Notes under the pieces: generated by a model
What the model saw: only the letters and a program-made list of their open reading frames with translations
Databases searched by the model: none
What the model was told of the DNA's origin: nothing
In this document: piece by piece, positions 11,404-24,545 of the stretch
Position numbering within the stretch: position 1 is the first letter of the stretch
How the letters are laid out: every line of letters begins with the position of its first letter
Origin: Octopus bimaculoides
Lineage: Eukaryota
Length of the DNA: 64,000 bases
Direction of reading: 5' to 3'
NCBI RefSeq assembly: GCF_001194135.2
Contig: NC_068992.1
Location: 37,170,884-37,234,883, forward strand
Position numbers and translations under genes: made by a program

Positions 11404-12618
11404 CAAGGCTCAACTGAAAAGTTCATAGGCTGACTATGAAGGAGTGATGCTAGAGTTGTGAAATTTCTTGCATGCATTAATTTCAACTCTATTAATAACT
11501 GCATTATTTCTTTCCAGGTAACCAACATCTGATTGTTTAAAGAAAACTTAAAAAGTAACTCATAATGAAAATTGACAACATTGAAAAGTACCTGCAGGAA
11601 AAGGGTTTAGCCTCCAGGGACATTCATGCTGACATGGTTGCTACATTAGGACATAACTCTTCAGCTTTATCAACAGTGCAAAAGTGGGCAACTGAATTTA
11701 GGAGAGGAAGAGAGAATGTTGAAGATGGCCCAAAGTCTGGATATCCTACAACTGCAACCACTGAGGAAAACATTAATCATGTTCACAACATGATGATGAA
11801 TGACAGGCAATTGACTATAAATCAAATAGCCAATGCTATTAGCATACCTCACAAGAGAGTTGAGAGTACTTTGCACAACGAACATTGTATGATGAAGGTT
11901 TCTGCTTGGTGGGTGTCAAGTCTTCTGACACCTGTTCAAAAGTGCATGAGAAAATCTAACGTTGTTTCAGGCAGATCCAGATGATTTCCTTGAATGTTTC
12001 CTAAGCTTCATCACTTTGAGTCAAAGACAATACATGCAGTGGAAACACCTCTTTCTCCCTTGCTCCAAAGAAAGCCATGCTCATTTCATCTGCGGGGAAG
12101 GTGATGGCCTCAGTTTTTTGGAATACAAAAGGCAGTGTATTTATTTCCTATTTTCAAAAGGGTCACACCATCACTAGAGAGTACTATGCCAACTTGCTGA
12201 GATAATTGCAAAAGGCACTCAAGATCAAACACCCAGGAAAAACTGATGAAAGAGGTCTTGTTTCATCAGGACAATGCTCCGGCACACGTATCCTTCCTTT
12301 CAATGACTGTTGTGCATGATTGTGGCTTTGAACTGATCGATCACCCTCCCTATTCTCTTGATTTGGCTCCATCAACTATCATCTCTTCCCCAACAGGAAA
12401 GAAATATTTGACTGGGATCCAGTTTTACAATGATGATGACATTCTAATTTTTGTGTCCAGCAGGATGAAAACTTCTTTGACAATGAGATCCAAGCTCTAC
12501 AATACCAATGGAAGAAGTGTGTGGCCACAATGGAGGATTATGTTGAAAAATAAACTTCATTTGGTCACATTCCATGAAAGTCTCTTGATCAACCTATGAA
12601 CTTTTCAGTTGACCCTCG
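11404..12618 (+). mobile_element. Mariner DNA transposon, full-length, transposase disrupted
   Basis: 30-bp TIRs (27/30 match), TA on both sides; WVSSLLT (WVPxxL), FHQDNAPAH and YSLDLAPS motifs; stops and frameshifts. Confidence 0.93.
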
Positions 12619-13167
12619 TAATAGCAAGCAAAAAAAAAAAAGATATTAACACAACTGCATTTCCCTTCTCCACAAATATGACACTATGTAGGTATTTAAG
12701 AAACCAATATCTAATAAGGTACTCCAAGTCTAACTTGTAGATCTTACAACTCAGATTATATTTCTAAACAGTACAATTCCCCCCACACACATACACACAC
12801 ATATTGCTTAATGTGTGTGTGTATGTTGATCATCTAGATAGCCAAATCTATAAAGTATTTCTCACAAGTATTTCTCTTTGCGCTGTCACAGACTTTAACT
12901 AAATCATAGAAAATTAAAATGACATGTTTCTGTAAGTCTTTTGCCTTTCATTACAACTATCTGGCCCAAAATATCCTATCAACTGTGCCTTTTTGAGGAT
13001 TTTGTGACTCAGGCAAGATTTGTTCAGAAAGTTGGAAAAGACTGTTGGAAATAGCTATTTGAATTTCCTGTTTTTGTCGGGATTCTCCACCCCTTTTTTT
13101 TTTTTTTTAACGCATTGCAAAACAATGAAGGGAAGCCATCTTAAATGTTGGTGTCTCCACCCCAACC

Positions 13168-13207
<40 letters not shown>

Positions 13208-14739
13208 TCATCATGTCTTAGGAACAGCGACAACCACAAAAGTGATTTATTTTCTTTTTCTTAATTTTCTGTCATTTTATCTTATTCCACGATCTGAAAC
13301 ATTTGTAACTCACTTTAAAAGAAAAATATCTTACCTCTTCTTCCCCCACTTCTTTGTACTTTTCACAATGAAAGAAAAGTCAAACACCACAATTGGATGT
13401 GTGAAAAGCGAAATCTGAATTTTGAAAAGTGTATCTATAAAGCAACATTTTCAGTCATTTATTTAAACTTTCTCTGCTAACTCATCAAATTCAGTTACAT
13501 GAAATAGATGGGGTTTGAGATTTAAATTTGGTAATTTTCCAAGATTTTAATTCTTGTGTATAAGGGGCCCACTGAACTTGTGGGCTCCCCATGGTTTAAA
13601 TCTGGTCCTGCTTGAATATAGCTTTGACTTTGAAGTGACACCAAAGGAGAAGAAAAGATGAAAATCACTACTTTCTTTTTCTATCTTTAAAAAACAATGG
13701 CAGTAATGAGGCAACAGAGAGCAAGAAATATACTGTCTACTTCAGTGTGTCAGTTTTGAGTTCACACCTTTTTTTCGTTATTCGCAGGATCTGGAGGAAT
13801 AGCTTCTACAATACTCCTAGACTCATGAAATAGTTGCCATTAATGTTCTTCATGAAACTTGCTATCATTTGTGGGAAAGATACGGGCTGTAAAGAATTCC
13901 AAAGACACAAGAAGGGTATTGAGAGGAGAAGAAACAAGTGGGATGGCAATGCCTGGATGGAGGTGTTATGAGCCCAGTAGCTCCAAGGAGTAGCAATCAT
14001 TATAGTAATGGTAAAAAAGGTAGAGAAAGGAGAAGAAAGGAGACAGTATTGAGAGTAACAACATTGCTTTTACCACATTCCTCTGAGGCAAGAGCTTATA
14101 GGAGAATGACAGAGAAGAGTAGATAATCAGTGGATCAGGCTTTGGGGAAACCACATTGACAGTCATTAAGAAGAGAGAGACATTCAAGTTGTTGAAAGGC
14201 GTCTTTACTTCAGAAGAAATGAAGGTCATTACTGCTGAAATAGGTGAGTGACAAGAAAAGTGGAAGCTACATATGCAAAAACATCACTTTTGAGGTGAAA
14301 TTAAGATAAGATTGGTTGGAGATTTGTATCTGAGAGATAAATAGGAAGGTGTAGACTGCATGTAAATAACATGATGAGTTGAATTTAGATTTGAAATCCA
14401 CAGATATTGGTGGTGAAAAGAGAAAATTGTCCAGTGAGTTAACTTGTGATTTTTGGCATTTTGAGAAAGAGCAGATAGTGGCATTGCATTGAAAAATCAT
14501 GACAGCGTCAAGCTTGAGTTCTGAACTGAATGCCCGCAACAGAGTATGTCTGTTAAAGTAACCAAGGGCCAAGCAATGGAGTCAAACTGAGCAATACCAT
14601 ATACTAATCACCAAAAGGATAATGTGACTACAATGTGTTAGAAGAGTAACAGAGGAATAACATGATTTGAAGGATTGATAACTTTTTGTTGTTTTAATCA
14701 TAATAGCATATTGGTAGTTGTAGTTGTGGCAACAGCAGT

Positions 14740-15010
14740 AATGCAATAGCAACAGTTACAGTATCAGAAGTGGTAACAGTAATAGTAGCAGTAGCAGCAA
14801 TAGCACTAGTAGTAGCGGGTGTTGAAGCAGTAGAAGTAGAAATCAAAGGCAGTTGCAGCAGCAAAAGCAATTGTCACAGCAGTAGCAGAAGCAGTAGCAA
14901 TGGCAATAGTAGTAGAATCACTAAGCAACAAATGCACTAGTAGTAGCATTAGTAGCAGCAGTATTAAGTGCAACAGCAAAAGCAACAGCAGCAATTGTAA
15001 TAATAACAAT
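14740..15010. repeat. (AGC/AGT)n low-complexity trinucleotide tract
   Basis: Direct reading; explains the poly-Leu and poly-Ser ORFs. Confidence 0.85.
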
Positions 15011-15949
15011 AAAAGTAGAAAAGGCAGTGTTTGTTTATTTGTCAAAATTTGTGATGTTTTTTTTTTCCAAACAACTTTGCTAAAGTTGTTACCAGATGTA
15101 GTTGTTGATTCACTTAGGCGAACAATAAGGGACAAAAAAATAATTTAGAGCGACAGATTGTTGTTGTTGATTTGGTTAGGTAAAAATCAAAGATTAACAA
15201 TGAATAAAGAAATTTAGCTGGTAGATGAATAGAATTTACCTAATAAGTTGAAATAACAGGTATCAGATAATTTTATTGTGTTTTACTGGTGATCAAAGGT
15301 AGATTTTGCTGTTTTATTTAGTTTTTTCATCTGTGCAGGTTAGTTTTGTAATGTGAGAAGTATTGATGTGCTTATTAGAAACATATATTTCTTCTCTTGC
15401 TTTGTTCACAATTAACAGAAAAACATTATTCTGCTGCTATCTTTGTCCAATAAGTTGAGATTATGTACATATATGAAGAAAGTTATTTCAACCATATATT
15501 CATTGCATGCACTGCATGTTCACAAAATGTATTTTGTTTCTACCTAATCAAAATAACTATTTCAGATTTACACAAGTAATGAGTGAGTGGTATCAGTTTG
15601 TTAGGCCTAAGGTTAAAACCTTGTTTATTATGGTACCACAACCAAAACTCATCTCCCAACTTCAATCTATCATGTGTATCATTTCACTCTTAATAATAGT
15701 TTCGAATTTTGGCACAGGGCTAGCAGTTTTAGAGTGGGGAGGAGTCAATTATATTGACCCCTGTGTGAAACTGATACTTATTTTATCGAGCTCAAAAGGA
15801 TGAAAAGCAAAGTTGACTTTAGTAGAGTTTAAATCAAAACAGAAAGACAAATGAAATACTGCTAAGCATTTTGCCTGGCATGCTAGGAATTCTGCCATAT
15901 CACTCCCTTGTTTCACTTATAATAATAAAAACAAATCACTGCCAGAACT

Positions 15950-17110
15950 AGAGAAGAAATTTTAAGTGTAGAAGCAAGGTCTAGAATCAAAGAACCTTAG
16001 AGTTAATTTAGCAAAAACTAAAGTCATAATAAGTAGGAAAGAGGACAAATCACAAATCCCCACAGGTAGATAGCCCTGCTCAATATGTAAGAAAGGTGTA
16101 GGTAGAAACTCCATAAGATGTACCCAGTGCAAGCTAGTAACACATAAGAAGTGCAGCAATATCAGAGGAAGGTTAACTGGGAAAATAGTCTTTGTATGTG
16201 TGGCAGGTGTATAAATACAGTAAACACTAGAAATGTACAGAAAATAGACTCCATCAAATGCCTGTGGGGATACCTACTGTAGTAGTTGATAGCTTCCATT
16301 ATCTAGGTAACCAAGTCAGCAGCAGAGGTGGATACTCCAAAAGCATAGCCGCTTGAATAAGAATAGGTTGGGCAAAGCTCAGAGAGCTCCTACCTTTGTT
16401 GGTAACTAAGGGCCTCTCCTTCAGAGTGAAAGACAGATTGTATGATGCCTGTGTGTGAACAATCATGCTACATGGCTGTGAAACATGGGTAGTAACTGCT
16501 GAGGACATGCAAAGGCTTGAAAGAAATGAAGCTAGTATGCTTCACTGGATGTGCAATGCCATTGTGCATGTACAAGAGAAAAGTTGGGTATAAGAGACAT
16601 CAGATATGGCGTGCAAGAGAGACAACTGTGCTGGTATGGTCATGTGATGAGTATAGACAAGGACAGCTGTATAAAGACATGCCGACCTCTAACTGTGAAT
16701 GGATCCTGTGGAAGAAGTAGACTCAAGAAGACAGGCCAAGGTGGTGAAGCATGATTTTCAAATGTTGGGCCACATGGAAGCAATGACAAGTGACCAAGAC
16801 CTTTGGCAATATGCTATGCTTGAGAAGACTGATCAAGCCAAGTGAAATCATAGATGTGGCCGATGCTAGTGTCATGCAACTGACACCTGTGCTGGTGGTA
16901 TGCAAAAGCACCCAACTAGTGGTATATAAAAAGCACCCATTACCCTCTTGAAGTAGTTGGCGTTAGGAAGGGTATCTAGCCATAGAAACCATGCCAAATC
17001 AGACTGGATCTTGGTGCAACTCTCCAGTTTGCCAGTTCCAGTTAAACCATCTAACCCATGCCAGCATGGAAAGCAGAAATTAAATGATGATGATGATGAT
17101 GACGGACGAT
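15950..17110 (+). mobile_element. RTE LINE 3' fragment with (TGA)n tail
   Basis: KTKVI, CSICKKGVGRNSIRCTQC, LHGCETW, RQLCWYGHV motifs; conserved 3' UTR ending in tgatgatgat. Confidence 0.88.
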
Positions 17111-17631
17111 GACAATGACGATGATGACGTCGACGATGACAATGATGAAAAACTCTATTTTTATAGACTGAAAAAAAATTAATAAAGCTAATGAAGCTAA
17201 TTATCAGAGGATCATAATAAATCTGAAGTGACTTCCATAATGAAATTTCCCAACTGCTTTATTTATCATGACAAAGATAGTAGTGATAGAGTTCCTATCA
17301 CCACAATACCTTTTAAGTCAATGTTAATAGGGTTGGGGTTGTTTTATCTATAGGAATCTTTTATTATTGAATAGCATATTGATTTAAGAGCAGATGCCTC
17401 TGTGTAACGAGTTTCTTTTGAGATCAGCCATAAAAAACAACAGTGAACTAAACCTCACTATGTTACCTATTTGTTGCAAGTCAGATAGAACCATTAAGAT
17501 AAAGCATCTTAGCCAGAAACGCACAATAAACTAGCAATGCTCAACTCTTCATCTATCAGTATGGCAGTTCCCTATAAATCCACCAAATGTTTTTAAATGC
17601 TTAAAAATGAATCCAAAAACAACCTACTCAC

Positions 17632-17904
17632 CTGCTCTTCAGTATAGATATCAAAAATTCCAGGTGGCATGTTTACTTCAGAACTCTGAAAAATTCGCTT
17701 GACTCCTGACTTTGTAGAATACAGTTGGGCTGTTTCAGGATCAGGACCAAGAATTGCTAAGTCTAATTGCTTAGCCACTTCCATGTCATCCATATAAACC
17801 ATGCCTGGAACAATGTATGCTTCACGACCTTTCACTAAATTTTTTATTCGTTTCAGTGCCTGAGGACTATATTTCAGCATTGATGCAAGACACATCTTTT
17901 TTCT
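17632..17904 (-). CDS. IQCH: IQCH coding exon (phase 0/0)
   Basis: tttcag acceptor and gtgagt donor; 91 codons RKKMCLASMLKYSPQALKRIKNLVKGREAYIVPG...QLYSTKSGVKRIF...PPGIFDIYTEEQ, a highly conserved IQCH block. Confidence 0.95.
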
Positions 17905-18749
17905 CTGAAATAATGATGTATGAGTAAATAAACATCAATGTGGTATGAGTAAATGAAGATTAAAACATGGGTGGATGAAAATAAAAATAATATGGGTAAA
18001 TAAACATAAAAATTATTACTATTTTTTCAAATTTGCCAAATACCATTCCTCTGCTACTTATTTGGTCTTATTTTAAGGTAAAAATATTCTTTTGAAAATT
18101 AGAATTCATTTCATCATTTAGTATAAGCACCAAGACATCTGACTAAAGTAAAGCTATAATTCCAAAGTTACCAATTGGTAACACTAGTTTTAATAAAAAA
18201 TTATCACTGTGTCCGTTTTGGAAGGGTTTTTATGACTGAATGCCCTTCCTAGCACCAACCACTCCACAAAGTGGACTGGGTACTTTCTATGTGGTACCAG
18301 CACAGGTGAGGTCAGTTTTGGTATGGTTTTTACAGTTGGGAGAGAGAGGTAACAAGAAAGAGGACTGAAACAGGTGTGCTGATGTAAAGGAGATTCTGGA
18401 CTACCTAGCCAGAGAAAAAAGCAAGAGAAGGAGAGAGAGTGATCAAGGGTGAGGGCCAAAACAGGTGTGAGATACATGGCTACCCAGCCAGAGGGAAGAG
18501 CAAGGGAAAGAGAGAAAGAGGGGAAACAGTAAAAGTGCAAGAGAGAGCAGGAAAGAGATGGTGGTGAAGTGCCAGGAATATACTCACAAGTAACAGGGAT
18601 CAGAGCATAGATGGGATGGCAGAGTAAGAGAGATAAATGGTGGCAATGAGTATCCATCTTCTTTAGAGTTCCTTTTCAAACATGGCACTCAGTGGAGCTT
18701 GACTTAAAAATATATATAACACCAGAATACTATAAACAAAAGTATTCCT

Positions 18750-19856
18750 AAAAGGATTATATATAACAGTACTTTTTATGAGCTGAATTGTGGATATAAT
18801 GCTTAATTTTTCGTGCTAATTCTCATTAATTACCTTTTTAAGTGTTATAATCTCTTTCATTCAGTCCAGGTAAGTATAACAAAAAAAAAACATGAACACA
18901 GAAATTACTTACTAGCTCAAAAATATTGCGTTTAGATGCACAGTCAATAATAATTGTAGAGGAGCAGTAATTCATGCTTTGACTGAATCTACTTCACTTG
19001 TCTCTACAAGAAATAGCAGCCAAACTCTTTGAAATCAAACACCACTGTGTCATACATGGAAGGATGCTTTAAACAATGCTGCAATGCTGTGTTTAAGAAA
19101 AAACTCTAAAAAAAGATGGGATACTCATATCTGGAATGCATTTGATCCTAGGATTATTCAATAAAGCCTGGAGATTAACCAACAACAAATAATGTAATAC
19201 ACATAAATACTGATACAGTCGCATCACATACATTGTCCCATATTTCAATGAAAGGTCTCTATGTGATCACTCAGTACAGTCTCCTTCAAATCTCACCACA
19301 CTATGTTAATACAGAAAGGACATATTAATTAATGAATTGGTCAAAGGCCTGCTTGATCAACATTGACTTGGGGACTAATCTATGACAACAATATTAGCCA
19401 TAAACAAATACACTGGACATTGGAGAGACATACCCACACTCACTGTCACACTTCCCACATACAATTCATCACTGCATATCAGTGCATAGTCCTCAATTAA
19501 GTCAATGAGGGTGTGTCGTTTTTTAAGTTTTGAAATATGACTTACATTAACTTTTATCCATTAATACATCATCAAAAACATGATCATGTCAAATATCAGA
19601 TTGATTTATCAATATTTGTATCCCTTACAGAGTGTAAATGTTTTGAAACATTGGAGGCCAAATTTTATTAGGTTTTTATTTTCAAATTTTTGGTGCTGTG
19701 ACATCTTTTTATTTTAGACTTGATTTTTATTGTTTGTTTATTTATGCAGAAAAAAAGGATTATATATAACAGTACTTTTTATGAGCTGAATTGTGGATAT
19801 AATGCTTAATTTTTTCGTGCTAATTCTCATTAATTACCTTTTTAAGTGTTATAATC
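18750..19856 (+). repeat. 103/104-bp near-identical direct repeat (18750-18852 and 19753-19856)
   Basis: The copies differ by a single T in a homopolymer. Confidence 0.92.
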
Positions 19857-20920
19857 ATACTATAACATGATAACTGTAATAATCATATATTTCAGGAATA
19901 TAATAAAGTTAAATTAAAATAGATTGGTTTAAAATTTGTTAGTTTAAAATTTACAATTCATATATTTGAGAGAGAAAAATGAACCAGCAGATGAAATTTT
20001 TGAAAGCCTTTTGAAAAACATTGCCGACAAGCCTTGAAGCATGATACCAACAAACAACCAAGTTTTAAAACAGATCCTTTATTTAATTAGATGTGAACAT
20101 AAACAAGAAAATTAAAGCTATCTGATGGGTGTTGTATTAGATAAAGTTAGAGAAATTCAGTATGCAGTCAATATCTCTTCACAAGATGGAAACAAATTAG
20201 CCCCATATAAAATTTAAGATCCTAATTGATGAATGAGTCAGATTAATTTCTTCCAGCCTAAAAAAACAAATCACTTTCATAGAACACCTGACAATTTTAA
20301 AGAAAAACTTGCCAATCTATTTGGACATGATGCAACCATTTGAAAAATCTTGCAATCTGGAATTTTAGGTGTAACTAGGTGGACTGGATAAGAATTATGT
20401 TTGTAAAGTTCAGAAAATACAAGCAAGAAAGATGGTAAAAAAAATGCTTTGACAATTCAACTTTAACATGTATTCCTTCAACTTCATTCACTTCTGGTGG
20501 ATGTGATGCTAATAATTTAGCTAAGTCTTCTAAATGCCAAAGGTACAAGAAAGTGGAAAAAGAAAATAGTGCAATCACCTCATCTCCTTGATGTGAGACA
20601 GTCTAAATATTCCATTAGCAGATAGAACATATTTAACTGCTTCTTATGTAGTAAGTTTTAAAGAAACTCTTGAAAATTTGAAACTTTCACAAAGCACTGC
20701 TAAAAGAATTGCAAAAAAAGAAAGGAAAAAAAAAGCTAAAAATTTTACAAATAGTTTTGATGAGCCACAATTCTTAGTCATAAGCTGCTCATATATGATT
20801 CAAATAGAAAGCTAACAGGAAGACTAGCCGTGGTCATCTCAGATTAGCCCAGTGCAAGAGATGATAAATCTTTGATTATAGGAGATGAAACTGCAAGTAG
20901 TGCTATGCAGGTGTAATGTA
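19513..20920 (+). mobile_element. Highly decayed DNA transposon remnant, possibly hATm-like
   Basis: tgagggtgtgtc terminus; LADRTYLTASY...LKLSQSTAKRIAKKER...GRLAVVIS resembles a family I recall; many stops. Confidence 0.35.
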
Positions 20921-21296
20921 TTGAGTAACACAGGTTACAAGACTTTCTTTGGTTTGCCTATATCACAGTTACCTTGTCCAAAATCAACAAAAATTTTTCA
21001 CTCAGGATTATCCATTATGTTTATATTACTTAAGTTATATTTACAGCACTAATCAGTCAACATTTTTAATAAACCATTTTCTAAGCTCACATGTGCTAAG
21101 CCATCTATATAAGTTCTATGTCATATATTTAATGAACTATACCCAGCTCTTTTCTCCAGTTATCTCAGATTCTCTGTATAAATTGTTTCAGTGCCAGGAG
21201 CATTGAACATAACTCCTCTTCTTGATATTATCTCAGTAACAATTCTTTGAACATGTCCTACATATTTTTTAATCTCATTTAGTAATTAGAACTTAC

Positions 21297-21472
21297 AGAA
21301 AATTGTGTTATAACTTCAGGAACTATAAATGTTACTCGTTTCATCATATCACTGATTTTGTTTATATCACCACTGAGTATGGCTGGTCGTAAAGCCAGGA
21401 GCTTTCCATAGTACTGTTCAGCCTCTTCAGTTAAATGTGTTGGGGAAATGTAGATAACATCAACATTGGGAT
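21297..21472 (-). CDS. IQCH: IQCH coding exon (phase 1/0)
   Basis: ttttcag acceptor and gtaagt donor; (D)PNVDVIYISPTHLTEEAEQYYGKLLALRPAILSGDINKISDMMKRVTFIVPEVITQFS. Confidence 0.93.
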
Positions 21473-21734
21473 CTGAAAATAAAATCATCAGCTTGAAATA
21501 ATTTCAAACAAATATGCATGCACTGTGATTAAATACTTAGGGTATGCCAAAAGCATAAATAAAATAAATTGTTGACAAAAAGGTGTTGCCACTAAAAGAC
21601 AATGCACAGGGAAACAAAAGAATCTCTTTTTTTTTTTTTTTTTTCTTGTAATACAGCCCCAGATTTCTTGCTGCACTATGTAATTTGAATTATTCTAATT
21701 ATTTTCATGCCTTTATGCTGATGAAGATGTTTCT

Positions 21735-21815
21735 TCACCACAGAGTATGGTTGGTTATAAAGCCAGTAACTTCTCAAGGCATTGTTCAGCCTCTTCAGTT
21801 AGATAAAATAACATT
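21735..21815 (-). pseudogene. Decayed partial tandem duplicate of the IQCH exon at 21297-21472 (pseudo-exon)
   Basis: 21735-21801 aligns ungapped to 21367-21433 at 55/67 nt; translates LTEEAEQCLEKLLAL*PTILCG (CGA>TAA); no intact acceptor. Confidence 0.85.
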
Positions 21816-23597
21816 CCATCACATGACAACAGCTTACAAAAGTCTAAAGTTCATATCTAAAAATGGTTACATTTTGAAATAAACTATCTCTAAATATTGG
21901 TTCAGTTATGAGACAAACAATATAATTGGTAAACATAAACAAGTGACACATCTCAAATTAAATTATTAGAATTAAAGAATAAAAGTATTCAATAACAAAA
22001 GTATTTTTCAAATGTGTCTGTTGTTTATGTTTCTCATCCCTCACTCCATTTCTGATTCTGTAGCAAAATACAAAAATTCATCTTCTTTTATGTCAATAAA
22101 TTTCAAGCATTTTAGGGTTACAGCCACATGTCATTAGCATTCAGCTTCATAATAATACATGGTGACTAATATCACAGGCTGAACACTGTGCTAACATACT
22201 GGACCTACCACCCTGGCATCAGAATTGCTCAAAAGTAAACATATAGACTTTAGGTTATTTTTATACATATGACATCAACTTGGTTTTATCTTTGTTTTTA
22301 TATATATAAAATTAGATTTAAAAACAAAGGTGATGTATTAACCGAATATTACCGTGTCAGCAAAAATGCTATGTGGTATTTTATTGTTTACATTCTAATT
22401 TCAAATTCTGCCATGGTCAACTTTGCCTTTCATCTTTACAAGGTCAATAAAATAAAATACAGAGTCGATATAAGCAACTAACCCCACCACACATGCACAC
22501 ACACACATGCGTGCGTGATAATTATTTGCCTTCTGCCTATCAAAAATGATTATTTCACTTGAAAATAAATTATGACCAGATTATATCATGATATTGCTGA
22601 ACAGAGGAAATGTGCTGATGGAATGCCACTGACCCTTCAGTCCTTATTTTTATCACTTTCTCAATATCCATTTACAGCTACCTTTGGTATATGCAGTGTT
22701 ATCTCAAGACAATATTTCATAACAAGGGACAGAAAAATTAGTTTCCTACTCTTATTCCTGATTATATAATTCAGTGAGCTTAACATTTATGATAGACTAG
22801 AGCATGACCTATTGTTTTATGCACAGAATAAGTAACATTTTGCAACATCTCATGTTAGAAAATGCTGACATCATTCTTCAGACAGTTGCTCTCTTGCAAT
22901 TCTATGTTGATGCACATATCCTGCTACTTCGTTTTCCTGACAATTTTTCTACTTTGTTCATTGTGTCTCCCAATATCTCCTTGCCAAAAGGATTGCCTTT
23001 GTCCTTGATATACTGTCGATCTCTTCATATGCTGACACTGCATTGCTGGTTGTCACTTTGAAATTACATATTCTTCATACATGAAAAATTGTTCAAACAT
23101 TACACGAGTTTCTTAAAATTGATTGTAAGATGGTAAACATTCAACTATTTTTCTAATAAAAATGGAATGGAATAAACTAAGGGGGATAGATAGTGCCTGT
23201 GAGTTAAAAATGCTGGTGCATTGGGTGCACGAAGTAAAAACTGTGATGGACTGATAGATATACAAACTGATAAAGAGGGAGAGGGAAAGGGAATGAAAGA
23301 GAGGGAAACAGACAGACAGGAAAGCAGGAAGGCAGGCAGGCAACAGTCAGACAGATAGACAAAGTAAATAGGCAGATAGATAGAAACAGAAAGATATATA
23401 CATACATAGATAGTTACATAGACAGATGGAGAAACAGATAGATACACAGATAAACAGACACATGGAGGGATAGCCAGGTAGATTTCAAAATTTAAAATGG
23501 ATTATTTCTCCTTTTTCGAGATCAGCAACAGTTTGTTGCTGGAAAAAGCATATAGTATGTTGTGAGTGGAATGAGTTTTCATCACTAGCTGAGATTA

Positions 23598-23644
23598 ACA
23601 CATGCTGAGCATGGGTAACCACCCAGAAATTCAAGTCCATGTGT
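23598..23644 (+). ncRNA. Type I hammerhead-ribozyme-like motif, repeat unit 1 (G8>C)
   Basis: ACACATG-CTGAGCA-TGGGT-aacc-ACCCA-GAAA-TTCAAG-TC-CATGTGT: 7-bp helix I, 5-bp helix II, GUC cleavage triplet, one core substitution. Confidence 0.75.
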
Positions 23645-23956
23645 ATCGCGTAAGGCTAGAGATGGGAGCGATGACCGCCCCTCACAAATACTAATCAGAT
23701 ACAGAATGTGTGTCATTAGCCAGCTGGAAAAGATGTCTTCCTGGGGCTATAAACATCAGTAGCACTGTCCTGTATAGGACGCCACACTTGGTTGGCAATT
23801 ATATGTTATGATTCTGTATTGCTACTTTTTATATCTTGCTCAGAGATTTAATATAGCGTATTTCTCCTTTTTTGAGATCAGCGACAGTTTGTTGCTGGAA
23901 AAAGCATATAGTATTTTGCAAGTGGAATGAGTTTTCATCACTAGCTTGTGATTAAC

Positions 23957-24003
23957 ACATGCGCTGAAGACAGGTAACCACCCAGGAATTCAAGTCCGTA
24001 TGT
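23957..24003 (+). ncRNA. Type I hammerhead-ribozyme-like motif, repeat unit 2 (A13>G)
   Basis: ACATGCG-CTGAAGA-CAGGT-aacc-ACCCA-GGAA-TTCAAG-TC-CGTATGT: 7-bp helix I with one G.U, intact CUGAAGA, weakened helix II. Confidence 0.72.
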
Positions 24004-24200
24004 ATCGCATAAGGCTAGAGATGGAAGTGATGATCTCCCCTCATAAATACTAATCAGACACAGAATGTGTGTCATTAGGTAACTGGAAGAGATGTCTTTC
24101 TGGGGCTATAAACGTCAGTAGCATTGTCCTGTATAGAATGCCACACTTGGTTGGCAATTATATCATATTCGTATATATATGTATCTCTATGTGTGTATGT

Positions 24201-24545
24201 GGAGGTGCAATGGCCCAGTGGTTAGGGCAGCGGACTCGCGGTCATAAGATCACGGTTTCGATTCCCAGAACAGGCGTTGTGAGTGTTTATTGAGCAAAAA
24301 CGCCTAAAGCTCCACGAGGCTCTGGCAGGGGATGATGGCGAACCCTGCTGTACTCTTCCACCACAACTTTCTCTCACTCTTACTTTCTGTTTCTGTTGTG
24401 CCTGTAATTCAAAGGGTCAGCCTTGTCATACTGTGTCACGCTGAATATCCCCGAGAACTACATTAAGGGTGCACGTGTCTGTGGAGCGCTCAGCCACTTG
24501 CACGTTAATTTCACGAGCAGGCTGTTCCATTGATTGGATCAAAAT
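24201..24545 (+). mobile_element. Second tRNA-derived SINE family (OK/OR-like); antisense head fragment at ~9420-9553
   Basis: ggtgcaatggcccagtggttagggcagcggactcgcggtc...ggtttcgattccc has Pol III A and B boxes followed by a non-tRNA body. Confidence 0.8.

Larger units (their letters stand above)
23503..24163 (+). repeat. ~356-bp tandem duplication (about 1.85 units), retrozyme- or PLE pseudo-LTR-like
   Basis: 23503-23804 aligns with 23859-24163 throughout, with many transition differences; each unit holds one hammerhead motif. Confidence 0.9.

Noticed and set aside
14806-15148. Poly-Leu and poly-Ser ORFs
   Set aside because: Translation of an AGC/AGT low-complexity tract.
24201-24280. tRNA gene
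   Set aside because: A and B boxes run into a SINE body with no complete cloverleaf; the same applies to other SINE heads.
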